This document shows, piece by piece, positions 1 to 8,122 of a stretch of 32,000 nucleotides of DNA. Under the pieces are notes generated by a model. It had not been told where the DNA came from. It did no database searches and worked only from the letters and a program-made list of their open reading frames with translations. Where the stretch lies: NCBI GenBank assembly GCA_029259515.1, contig JAPHEG010000006.1:42654-74653 (forward strand), read 5' to 3'. The first letter of the stretch is position 1. The number at the start of each line of letters is the position of its first letter. The position numbers were made by a program, and so were the translations under genes. The stretch is from Candidatus Thermodesulfobacterium syntrophicum. Lineage in GTDB: Bacteria; Desulfobacterota; Thermodesulfobacteria; Thermodesulfobacteriales; Thermodesulfobacteriaceae.

Positions 1-1
1 G

Positions 2-745
2 GTCCCCCATCATTTATACGATCTTCTTGAACTTGATGAAGAATTTAACGCAGCTAAATTTGTTGAAATAGCAGATAGCTTAATCAAAGAGATTTGGAAA
101 AGAGGGAAACTCCCTATACTTATTGGGGGGACAGGTCTTTATCTGAGAGCTTTAGAATATGGGCTTTTTCCTATAGAAATACCGCAGGAGATAAGAGAAA
201 ATATACGAAATTTAGCAGAAAAAAACCCTTTTTCACTTTACGAAGAGCTTAAAAGACTTGATCCAGAGTATGCAAAAAAAATTTCTCCCAAGGATAAAGT
301 AAGAATTACAAGAGCCTTAGAAGTAATACATACTTCAGGTAAGCCTTTTTCTGAGTTTCACAAAGAAAATCCCTTTTTCGGGAAGAAAAGGTATAATATT
401 ATTAAAATAGGACTAACCCTTCCAAGAAAAGAGCTTTATAAAAAAATCAATCTCCGTGTAATAAAAATGATTGAAAAAGGGTGGATAAAAGAGGTTGAAA
501 CTCTTTTAGAAAAAGGTTATTCTCCGGATTTAAAACCCTTTAAAGCTATAGGTTATAAGTATATTATCAAGTATTTGCAGGGAAAATTGTCTTGGGAAAA
601 GGCTATAGAACTTATTCAAAGAGATACAAGGCGCTATGCAAAAAGACAGTTAACCTGGTTTAAAAAGGAACCTGACATATACTGGTTTAGTCCTAAAGAA
701 AAAGAAAAAATCTTTGCATTTATAAAGGACAAACTTAAGAATTAA
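2..745 (+). CDS. miaA: tRNA dimethylallyltransferase MiaA, 5'-truncated by the window edge
   Basis: I translated frame 2 by hand from nt 2 and found no stop up to the TAA at 743-745. The translation VPHHLYDLL...LPILIGGTGLYLRALEYG...DKVRITRALEV...RRYAKRQLTWFKK carries typical MiaA motifs. The ORF track shows only the part after the first Met (467). Confidence 0.85.
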   Translation, partial: VPHHLYDLLELDEEFNAAKFVEIADSLIKEIWKRGKLPILIGGTGLYLRALEYGLFPIEIPQEIRENIRNLAEKNPFSLYEELKRLDPEYAKKISPKDKVRITRALEVIHTSGKPFSEFHKENPFFGKKRYNIIKIGLTLPRKELYKKINLRVIKMIEKGWIKEVETLLEKGYSPDLKPFKAIGYKYIIKYLQGKLSWEKAIELIQRDTRRYAKRQLTWFKKEPDIYWFSPKEKEKIFAFIKDKLKN

Positions 746-757
746 GAGGTGTCTTAT

Positions 758-1639
758 ATGGAAAGCATGACCGGTTTTGGGAAGGGGGTTTCCCAGACTG
801 GAAACTATACAATAACTGTTTACGCCAAAAGCCTAAATCACAGATACTTAGATATTTCTCTGAGAATACCAAAGAGATACACTTTTTTAGAAGAAAAAAT
901 CAGAAAATTCGTTTCACAAAACTTCAAAAGAGGGAAAATAGATATTCAGATAAAATATACAGGAACTGAACTTGATGAAAAAGAAATATCTGTTGATATA
1001 TCCCTTGCAAGGAAATTAAAAAAAGCTCTAATTCGTTTAAAGTTTGAACTTGGTTTTGAAGATCCTTTAACTTTTTCAGATTTTTTAAAATTTAGAGACT
1101 ATCTTGTTTTGGAAGAAAAAGAAGAGGAGCTTGAGAAACTCTGGGAAGAAGTATTTCCTGCTTTAAATAATGCCTTAAAAGAACTTAAAGATTCTCGTGT
1201 TAAAGAGGGATCCTCTCTTAAAAATATCTTAGAAGACTATTTAAAAGTTCTTACAAATGAAGTATCTCAGATTGAAAAACTAAAGGAAAAAATTATAGAA
1301 GAAAAAAAGGAGAAACTTAAAACTAAAATTGAAGAGCTTTTAAAAGAGTTTGACCTTAAAAGGATAGATGAAAACAGGTTTTATCAGGAGTTAGTTTATC
1401 TTTTAGACAAGCTTGATTTTTCAGAAGAACTTGACAGATTAAAAAGCCATGTTCTTCATTTTAAAAACGCTATGGAAGAAGAGTATTGTGGCAAAAAACT
1501 CGACTTTATCTGTCAGGAAATGTTTAGAGAAATAAATACTCTTTCTAATAAAGCCCAATCCTCTGAAATCTCTCTAATAGCGGTTAAGATAAAAGACCTT
1601 ATAGAAAAGCTAAGGGAACAAATACAAAATATTGCTTAG
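758..1639 (+). CDS. yicC: YicC family stress-induced protein / endoribonuclease
   Basis: N-terminus MESMTGFGKG and C-terminal KLDFICQEMFREINTLSNKA (DUF1732-type) are YicC hallmarks. The ATG at 758 sits 5 nt after the SD-like AAGAGGTG (745-752). The ORF track starts at GTG 749. Confidence 0.8.
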   Translation: MESMTGFGKGVSQTGNYTITVYAKSLNHRYLDISLRIPKRYTFLEEKIRKFVSQNFKRGKIDIQIKYTGTELDEKEISVDISLARKLKKALIRLKFELGFEDPLTFSDFLKFRDYLVLEEKEEELEKLWEEVFPALNNALKELKDSRVKEGSSLKNILEDYLKVLTNEVSQIEKLKEKIIEEKKEKLKTKIEELLKEFDLKRIDENRFYQELVYLLDKLDFSEELDRLKSHVLHFKNAMEEEYCGKKLDFICQEMFREINTLSNKAQSSEISLIAVKIKDLIEKLREQIQNIA

Positions 1640-2528
1640 GTTAATGGAGAAAATAATGAGAAAGCTTAAACTTTATTCCGAACTTTTAAGACTTGAACAT
1701 ACCATTTTTGCTCTACCTTTTGGTTTAGCAAGTTTACTCATTCTTTATGAAAATTTCCCTTCTTGGGAAAAAATATTATATATCTTGCTTGCTCTTGTTT
1801 TTGCCCGAACTCTTGGAATGGCTTTTAACCGCTTAATTGACAAACCCTTTGATGAGAAAAATCCAAGAACCTCCATCTGGCCTCATGCCCAAGGTTTAGT
1901 AAAAGAATGGGAAATCATGGTAATTATTCTTATAAATTCTCTTCTTTTTATATTCTCCTGCTATAAAATAAATTTTCTTTCTTTTCTCTTAAGTCCTGTA
2001 GTTATAGTGTCTCTCTTTGTTTATCCTTTTGCAAAAAGATTTACCTATTTTCCTCATTTTTTTCTGGGTTTTGTCTATTTTTTGATCCCCATAGCTATAG
2101 ATGTGGCTTTAAATGAGAAAATTTCTTTAATTGCTATTTTGCTTGGGATAGCTATGGCTTGTTGGGTATCAGGATTTGATATTCTTTACAGCTTGCAAGA
2201 TGTAGAATTTGACAAAAAAGTTGGATTAAAATCTATACCTGTTAGATTTGGTATAAAAATTGCGTTAAGAATTGCGAGAGGTTTACATCTGATAACTTTT
2301 GTTTTTTTACTTTTAACTGGATATTTTTATTTAAAAACTACCTGGATATATTTTACAGGACTCACTTTAATTGCTCTATTTTTAGTTTATGAACACAGCC
2401 TTATTAAAGAAAATGACCTTTCAAAAATAAACAAAGCCTTTTTTACCACAAATGGCTTTATAAGCATTATTTTCTTTGTAATAATTATTTTAAACAATTT
2501 ATACTATTATTTCAAAACAAATTTATGA
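1632..2528 (+). CDS. UbiA family polyprenyltransferase (4-hydroxybenzoate polyprenyltransferase-like, possibly menaquinone/ubiquinone pathway)
   Basis: Polytopic hydrophobic protein with the UbiA aspartate-rich motif NRLIDKPFDEKNPRT and a second DILYSLQDVEFD motif. The true start may be ATG 1644 or 1656 (MRKLKLYSELLRLEHT). It overlaps the yicC stop. Confidence 0.75.
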   Translation: MLRLMEKIMRKLKLYSELLRLEHTIFALPFGLASLLILYENFPSWEKILYILLALVFARTLGMAFNRLIDKPFDEKNPRTSIWPHAQGLVKEWEIMVIILINSLLFIFSCYKINFLSFLLSPVVIVSLFVYPFAKRFTYFPHFFLGFVYFLIPIAIDVALNEKISLIAILLGIAMACWVSGFDILYSLQDVEFDKKVGLKSIPVRFGIKIALRIARGLHLITFVFLLLTGYFYLKTTWIYFTGLTLIALFLVYEHSLIKENDLSKINKAFFTTNGFISIIFFVIIILNNLYYYFKTNL

Positions 2529-3334
2529 AAATTTTCGCTTTTATAAATCAAAAGGGAGGAGTAGGAAAAACAACTGTTGCCATAAATTTGGCAAGAGCAT
2601 TATCTCTTCAAAATTACAAAGTTCTTTTAATAGATTTTGATCCTCAGGCTAATGCAGGAAGCGGACTTGGAATAAAGACAAGCAAAGATGAAAGTATTTA
2701 TCAAGCATTAGTAGAAGGAAACTGCGAAAGATTCATCAAAAATCCTTATTCTAACCTTTATGTGTTACCCTCATCCATTGATCTTGTAGGACTGGAGGTT
2801 AAACTGGTAGACTTTCCTAAGAGAGAATACCTTCTTAAAGAGTTGATTGAAAATAGCACAATTTCTGGTTTACCTTTAATGCATTTTTTTGATTTTATAT
2901 TTATAGACTCTCCCCCTTCTTTAAGTCTTATTACAGTAAATATTCTTACTGCCTGTGAGGGTATAATTATTCCTTTACAGTGCGAATACTATGCTTTAGA
3001 GGGTTTGTCTCTTCTTATAAAAACAATACGAGGCATCAAAAAAAGCTTAAATCCTGATCTGGTTCTTTTTGGACTTGTTCTAACCATGTATGATGTAAGA
3101 AATAGACTTTCTCATGAAGTAGCAGAAGAGGTAAAAAAACGTTTTAATTGGATTACTTTCAAAACTCTTATTCCCCGAAGTGTAAGGGTCAGCGAAGCTC
3201 CAAGTTTTGGCATGCCAGTTATTGATTATGAAAAAAACAATAAAGCCTCTCTTGCTTTTTTAGAGTTAAGTAAGGAATTTTTAGAAAGAGTTAAAAGTTA
3301 TGACAAAAATCTGGAAATCAGATCTGAGTCATAA
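2525..3334 (+). CDS. parA: ParA/Soj family ATPase
   Basis: Deviant Walker A NQKGGVGKTT, DFDPQANA and DSPPSL motifs. ATGA start/stop overlap with the upstream gene. No parB follows. Confidence 0.8.
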   Translation: MKIFAFINQKGGVGKTTVAINLARALSLQNYKVLLIDFDPQANAGSGLGIKTSKDESIYQALVEGNCERFIKNPYSNLYVLPSSIDLVGLEVKLVDFPKREYLLKELIENSTISGLPLMHFFDFIFIDSPPSLSLITVNILTACEGIIIPLQCEYYALEGLSLLIKTIRGIKKSLNPDLVLFGLVLTMYDVRNRLSHEVAEEVKKRFNWITFKTLIPRSVRVSEAPSFGMPVIDYEKNNKASLAFLELSKEFLERVKSYDKNLEIRSES

Positions 3335-3487
3335 GTAAATTCAACTCAAGAGACCTCTTGGCAATTTCGCTATCTATATAAAACAAACCCTGAGGATTAC
3401 GCTTCCTTCTCAACCTGTTCTTCAACAAACCAGTATAAGAATTTTTCTGTAGCATAGTCATTAAGCTTTTTAGCGAAGCTCATTAAG

Positions 3488-3516
3488 TTGACAGCATTTT
3501 AACTTTATGGTATTTA
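3488..3516 (+). promoter_or_regulatory. putative sigma70-type promoter for the riboswitch-metE transcript
   Basis: TTGACA (3488-3493), a 17-nt spacer, then TATTTA (3511-3516), ending about 8 nt upstream of the riboswitch P1 stem. Confidence 0.35.
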
Positions 3517-3523
3517 ATTAAAC

Positions 3524-3698
3524 GGGCTGAAGTTGTGGAAGAGGGGTGAAAGTCCCCCGCTGCCCCGCAGCCGTGACCAGGGACGAAAGCCGCTTGGGCT
3601 AAGCCAAAAGCTTAGCCGACAAGCCACTGGAGGAAATTTTCCCTCTGGGAAGGCGCGGCAAGTAGGATAATCCGGAAGCCGGAAAACCGCTTCAGCCT
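3524..3698 (+). promoter_or_regulatory. cobalamin (B12) riboswitch aptamer
   Basis: GC-rich island in an AT-rich spacer. It contains GGTGAAAGTCCCCCGCTGCCCCGCAGCCGTGA (the conserved GGUGAAA..CC..GCUGCCCC.GCA.C.GUGA core). It also contains GCCACTGG...GGGAAGGCG and a B12-box-like AATCCGGAAGCCGGAAAACC. The P1 stem pairs GGCTGAAG (3525-3532) with CTTCAGCC (3690-3697). It sits directly upstream of metE, the classic B12-repressed gene. Confidence 0.85.
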
Positions 3699-3821
3699 AA
3701 AAACCCGAGGGGGTGAAACAATGAAAAAATCCTTTTATTATTTGATCCTCTAAAACTTATTTTTATCTTCGCTAAATTTCTCATTTTAAAATTTTTAAAT
3801 TTATAGATGGAGGTGGTGTTT

Positions 3822-6101
3822 ATGCAAACAATGGCTTTTGGTTTCCCTAAACTTGGTAAAAATCGCGAATTCAAAAAACTGGTTGAAAACTTCTGGAAAG
3901 GAAATATCGAGGAAAAGGATTTTTTTAAAGAAATTGAAAAATTGAAAATAAAAAGAGCTGAAATATACAGCAAAAATGTGGATCTTTTTCCCAGTAATGA
4001 ATTCTCACTTTATGATTTTATGCTTGACACCTCAATAATGTTAGGAATTATTCCTGAAAGATTTAAACCCTATAAAGGACTCTCTACTTACTTTGAAATG
4101 GCGAAGGGGAAAGATGCTCTTGAATTAACAAAATGGTTCAACACCAATTATCACTATCTTGTGCCTGAAATAGAAAATGATGATTTTTCTCTTTTAAAAA
4201 ATTTTCCCTTAGATGATTTTATTTTTCATAAAAATTTAGGGTTTACTACTTTACCAAAAATTATTGGGCCATTTACCTTTTTAAAACTTTCTAAAATTGT
4301 GATCAAAGTAAATGGTAAGTTAAGATGCTGCAAAATAGAAGAAAAAGAAAAGTTTGAAAAATTTTTAGAAAAATTAATTCCATTATATCAAAAAATACTT
4401 CAAGAACTATTTGACTCCGGAACTAACTCGGTATTAATAGAAGAACCAGCTTTTGTTATGGAACTAAATGTCTGGGAATGGGAATTAATAAAAGAGATTT
4501 ATAAAAATTTAACAAATTTAGGGGAATTATGGATTTTAACCTATTACGATAGCGTATCTAATTATCACAATTTTGTTGAACTTCCTGTAAATGGTCTGGG
4601 ATTAGACTTAACTTCAAATAAAGAAAATCTGGAAAATTTGTTAAAATTAGGTTTCCCCGAAAATAAATATCTAATAGCTGGAATTATAAATGGAAGACAG
4701 GTATGGAAAGCAAACTTAAAAGAAAAATTAAATATAATAGAAAAACTTTCACAAGTTAGTGAGAAATTAATAATTTCCAATTCCTGTCCGCTTTATCATC
4801 TACCTATTTCACTTGAAGGTGAAGAGCACTTACCTTCCTCACTTTTGGGAAAACTTTCTTTTGCTGAAGAAAAACTTAAAGAACTAAAGATTCTTAAAGA
4901 TGCTTTTGAGGGTAAAGACGAAGCTCTAAAAGTTGTAAAGGAAAATGAGAAACTTTTTGAAAAGAAATTCGGAAAAAATGATGAAATACGAAGAAAAATT
5001 TTGAATCTTTCTGAAAAAGATTTTAAAAGGGATCTTCCTTACCAAGAGAGATTTAAAATACAACAAAAACGTCTCAATCTTCCCTTATTTCCAACTACAA
5101 CCATAGGATCCTTCCCGCAGACTGAAGATGTAAGAAGAGTGAGAACAAAATTTAATAAAGGAGAGATATCCGAAAAAGAATACAAATCTTTTATAAAGAA
5201 AAAAATAGAAGAGGCTATTAAACTTCAAGAAGAGATTGGACTTGATGTATTGGTTCACGGAGAGTTTGAAAGAACAGATATGGTTGAGTTTTTTGCACAA
5301 AAACTTGAAGGTATTGCTACAACAAAACAAGGATGGGTTCTTTCTTATGGAACAAGAGTTTATAGACCTCCAATAATTTACGGAGATGTGTATAGAATCT
5401 CTCCTATGACTTTGGAGGAAATAACATATGCACAAAGTCTTACATCAAAACCTGTAAAAGGAATGCTTACAGGTCCTGTAACTATTTTAAACTGGAGCTA
5501 TTATAGAGAGGATATACCTAAAAATGAGATAGCTTATCAAATAGCAATAGCTTTATTAGAAGAAATAAAAGATCTGGAGAGGGCAGGCATAAAAATCATA
5601 CAGATAGATGAACCTGCTTTCAGGGAAGGGGCACCAATAAAAAAGAGGGATTGGGAAAACTATTTTGAATGGGCAGTAAAAGCTTTTAAACTTTGTTCCA
5701 AGGCTAATCCTGAAACCCAGATTCATACTCATATGTGTTATTCTGAATTTAACGAAATAATAGAGTATATTTATCGGATGGATTTTGATGTAATTTCTAT
5801 AGAAGCATCAAGAAGCAAAGGAGAAATACTTGAAGCTTTTGAAAATTATAAAGATTGGGATCGACAGATAGGGATTGGAGTTTATGACATTCATTCTCCA
5901 ACAATCCCCACAAAGGAGGAAATAAAAACAGTAATAGAAAGGGCTTTAAAAGTTTTTCCCGAAAGACTTTTATGGATAAATCCGGACTGTGGTCTTAAGA
6001 CCAGGAGATGGGAAGAAGTAGTGCCAGCTCTTAAAAATATGGTGGAGGTTGCAAAAGAACTAAGAAAAAAATTGGCTAAAAATTATAGGGTTGACATTTA
6101 A
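3822..6101 (+). CDS. metE: cobalamin-independent methionine synthase (5-methyltetrahydropteroyltriglutamate--homocysteine S-methyltransferase)
   Basis: About 760 aa. N-terminus [24 protein letters not shown], with Zn-site motifs HMCYSEF and NPDCGLKTR. The ATG at 3822 lies 5 nt after the strong SD GGAGGTGG (3809-3816). The ORF track uses an upstream ATG at 3807. Confidence 0.95.
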   Translation: MQTMAFGFPKLGKNREFKKLVENFWKGNIEEKDFFKEIEKLKIKRAEIYSKNVDLFPSNEFSLYDFMLDTSIMLGIIPERFKPYKGLSTYFEMAKGKDALELTKWFNTNYHYLVPEIENDDFSLLKNFPLDDFIFHKNLGFTTLPKIIGPFTFLKLSKIVIKVNGKLRCCKIEEKEKFEKFLEKLIPLYQKILQELFDSGTNSVLIEEPAFVMELNVWEWELIKEIYKNLTNLGELWILTYYDSVSNYHNFVELPVNGLGLDLTSNKENLENLLKLGFPENKYLIAGIINGRQVWKANLKEKLNIIEKLSQVSEKLIISNSCPLYHLPISLEGEEHLPSSLLGKLSFAEEKLKELKILKDAFEGKDEALKVVKENEKLFEKKFGKNDEIRRKILNLSEKDFKRDLPYQERFKIQQKRLNLPLFPTTTIGSFPQTEDVRRVRTKFNKGEISEKEYKSFIKKKIEEAIKLQEEIGLDVLVHGEFERTDMVEFFAQKLEGIATTKQGWVLSYGTRVYRPPIIYGDVYRISPMTLEEITYAQSLTSKPVKGMLTGPVTILNWSYYREDIPKNEIAYQIAIALLEEIKDLERAGIKIIQIDEPAFREGAPIKKRDWENYFEWAVKAFKLCSKANPETQIHTHMCYSEFNEIIEYIYRMDFDVISIEASRSKGEILEAFENYKDWDRQIGIGVYDIHSPTIPTKEEIKTVIERALKVFPERLLWINPDCGLKTRRWEEVVPALKNMVEVAKELRKKLAKNYRVDI

Positions 6102-6153
6102 AAAAAGTTTTTTAAAATTTTTAGATAAAAAGGCTTTTTTTGTCTTTTCAAAT

Positions 6154-6227
6154 CGGGACGTAGCGCAGCTTGGAAGCGCACCCGCTTGGGGTGTGGGGGG
6201 TCGGCGGTTCAAATCCGCCCGTCCCGA
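6154..6227 (+). tRNA. tRNA-Pro (anticodon GGG)
   Basis: Hand-folded cloverleaf. The acceptor stem pairs CGGGACG with CGTCCCG. The D arm is GCGC/GCGC. The anticodon stem pairs CCCGC with GTGGG, with loop TTGGGGT and anticodon GGG at 6188-6190. The T arm is GGCGG-TTCAAAT-CCGCC, and the discriminator is A. No CCA is encoded; a T-run follows. Confidence 0.9.
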
Positions 6228-6263
6228 TTTTTTTATTGGTTATTTTTCTTAATTTCAATAATA

Positions 6264-6280
6264 CCAGGCACCTTGCCTGG
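6264..6280 (+). promoter_or_regulatory. GC-rich hairpin immediately upstream of the speD ribosome-binding site
   Basis: CCAGGCA-CCT-TGCCTGG (7-bp stem, 3-nt loop) abuts GGGGAGGTGA (SD) and ATG 6294. Its function is unknown. Confidence 0.3.
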
Positions 6281-6293
6281 GGGGAGGTGAGCT

Positions 6294-6731
6294 ATGAGAG
6301 TAGTGGAACCCCTTTGCCAAGTAGAAAGACTTGAAATCACTCCTGCCCAGCAGGGTGCATTCAGACGAAGTATTTGGGGATATCACCTGATTGTAGAATT
6401 CTGGAATTCCCCTTTTGAGCTTTTGGCTAAAGCTAAAACAGTAGAAAACGCACTAAAAGCTTCTTTAAATCCTTTTAGTGAAAATGGTAATGTAAGAACC
6501 ATAAGTTATCAGTTTCAACCCTTTGGTGTTTCAGCACAAGTAAGCTCAGGAAGAGCTAATATTTATATTCATACTTGGCCTGAAAATGGATACTCTGCTA
6601 TTGACATTATAGCAGAAACCAAAGAAGAAGCTTACAAAATATTAAAAAACTTGCAAAAGCACCTTAAACCCCAAAATGTATATGTAGCTGAAATATCAAG
6701 AGGAATCTCTGAAGATTGGGGTGAGACTTGA
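6294..6731 (+). CDS. speD: S-adenosylmethionine decarboxylase proenzyme (small bacterial/archaeal class), divergent
   Basis: HLIVEFW...FQPFGVSAQVSSGRANIYIHTWPENGYSAIDI matches the pyruvoyl AdoMetDC core (IHTWPE..Y.A.D). Strong SD GGAGGTGA lies upstream. The gene is followed by and overlaps speE. Confidence 0.8.
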   Translation: MRVVEPLCQVERLEITPAQQGAFRRSIWGYHLIVEFWNSPFELLAKAKTVENALKASLNPFSENGNVRTISYQFQPFGVSAQVSSGRANIYIHTWPENGYSAIDIIAETKEEAYKILKNLQKHLKPQNVYVAEISRGISEDWGET

Positions 6732-7552
6732 CTGGACAATTTTGGTGGAAAGAAAAGATTTATCAAGATTTTGGACACGCTTACAAAGTTGAATTAGTCT
6801 TTGAAGAGAAGAATTTACAGAAAATTCAGGTTTTTAAAAACTCTGTATGGGGATATTTTTTTGTTTTAGATGGAATTGTGCAGTTTACTGAAAAGGATGA
6901 ATTTATTTATCATGAGACCATAACTTATCTTCCTGCCAGTCTACTTGAAAACCTTCCAGAAAATGTGGTCATTGTAGGTGGTGGTGACGGTGGAGTTTTA
7001 AGGGAACTGCAAAAAATTCCTTCTATAAAAAAAATTATCCAGTTTGAAGTAGACACACTTGTTTTTGAGGTTTGTCAAAAGTATTTTTTCAAGCTCTCAG
7101 GTGATTATAAAGATCCTCGGGTTTTTTTTATAAACAAAGATGGACTTGAAGGACTTAAAGAATGTCCTGAAGAAAAATTTGATCTTCTAATTGTAGATTG
7201 CACTGATCCTGTAGGACCAGCTAAGTCTTTATACACAAAAGAATTTTATAAAGAAGCTTATAAAGTCTTAAATCCAAAAGGTGTTTTTATTCAGCAGGCG
7301 AGTCTTCCTGTTTACTTTCCTCATATTATAAAATCTGCCTATCCTCTTATATCTTCTGTTTTTCCCGTAGTTAAAATAGTGAGAGCTTTTGTTCCCTCTT
7401 ACGGAGAAGAAATAGCTTTCTTTTTAGCAACTAAAGAAGAAAAAGATTGGTTAAACCCCAAACAAATTTTTAGAGGAAAATACTATCATCCTGGACTTAA
7501 TCCATACTATTTTTCCATTCCCAATACCTGGATTGAAATTCTTTCAAAATAA
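6728..7552 (+). CDS. speE: spermidine synthase / polyamine aminopropyltransferase
   Basis: LDGIVQFTEKDEFIYHE, VGGGDGGVLRE and DCTDPVGPAKSLYTKEFY motifs. The TTG start forms a TTGA overlap with the speD stop. Confidence 0.85.
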   Translation: MTGQFWWKEKIYQDFGHAYKVELVFEEKNLQKIQVFKNSVWGYFFVLDGIVQFTEKDEFIYHETITYLPASLLENLPENVVIVGGGDGGVLRELQKIPSIKKIIQFEVDTLVFEVCQKYFFKLSGDYKDPRVFFINKDGLEGLKECPEEKFDLLIVDCTDPVGPAKSLYTKEFYKEAYKVLNPKGVFIQQASLPVYFPHIIKSAYPLISSVFPVVKIVRAFVPSYGEEIAFFLATKEEKDWLNPKQIFRGKYYHPGLNPYYFSIPNTWIEILSK

Positions 7553-7564
7553 GGAAAATAGGCT

Positions 7565-8122
7565 TTGCAAATCACCGGAGGCTTTTTAAAAGGTAGAAAA
7601 CTTTATTCTCCACCTAAGGACCTAAATCTTATCCGTCCTCTAAGAACAAGGATAAGAAAAGCCCTTTTTGATATGTTGGGACAAGACCTTTCTAATTCAA
7701 AGGTCTTAGATCTCTTTGCAGGAACAGGAGCACTTGGTATAGAGGCTTTATCAAGGGGAGCAATTTTTGCAGTCTTTGTAGATAACAGTCCTGTAAGCAT
7801 ATCTATTATCAAAAAAAATCTTGGAAAATTTGATCTCCTTAATAAAGCGAAAGTTTTTAAATTAAATCTACCCAAGGGATTAAAAATTCTTTTAAAAAGT
7901 TTTCAAAACTTTTTTGATCTCGTATTCATCACTCCTCCCTATGAAAAAGGATTAGCTTTAAAAACATTTCAAAATCTTTCAAAAGATTTGTTACAAGAAA
8001 ATGCCACAATTATTGTGGAAGAGAGAACAGGAATAGAACTTCCTGAAAAAATAGGCAATTTTGAAGTTATAAAAAAGAGAAGCTATGGAGAAACTACTTT
8101 ACACATTTATAAGGTGTCTTAG
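7565..8122 (+). CDS. rsmD: 16S rRNA (guanine966-N2)-methyltransferase RsmD
   Basis: N-terminus (M)QITGGFLKGRKL, SAM-binding LDLFAGTGALGIEALSRGA, and the PPY motif (FITPPYEKG). TTG start. Confidence 0.8.
   Translation: MQITGGFLKGRKLYSPPKDLNLIRPLRTRIRKALFDMLGQDLSNSKVLDLFAGTGALGIEALSRGAIFAVFVDNSPVSISIIKKNLGKFDLLNKAKVFKLNLPKGLKILLKSFQNFFDLVFITPPYEKGLALKTFQNLSKDLLQENATIIVEERTGIELPEKIGNFEVIKKRSYGETTLHIYKVS

Noticed and set aside
3347-3360. Near-palindrome CAAGAGACCTCTTG after parA, considered as a terminator or a parS site.
   Set aside because: The loop is too short for a stable RNA hairpin, no T-run follows, and it does not resemble the parS consensus.
3807-3821. Upstream ATG 3807 as the metE start (ORF track).
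   Set aside because: The sequence GGAGGTGG inside these codons is an ideal SD for ATG 3822. MetE homology starts right after 3822 ([12 protein letters not shown]). The difference is only 5 codons.
3692-5435. Minus-strand ORFs 3692-3973, 4565-4780 and 5085-5435, antisense to the metE leader and gene.
   Set aside because: They are shadow ORFs opposite a confidently identified metE. The translations are low-complexity (F/K/S/I-rich) with no recognisable motifs. Long antisense ORFs are expected in AT-rich, stop-poor antisense frames.
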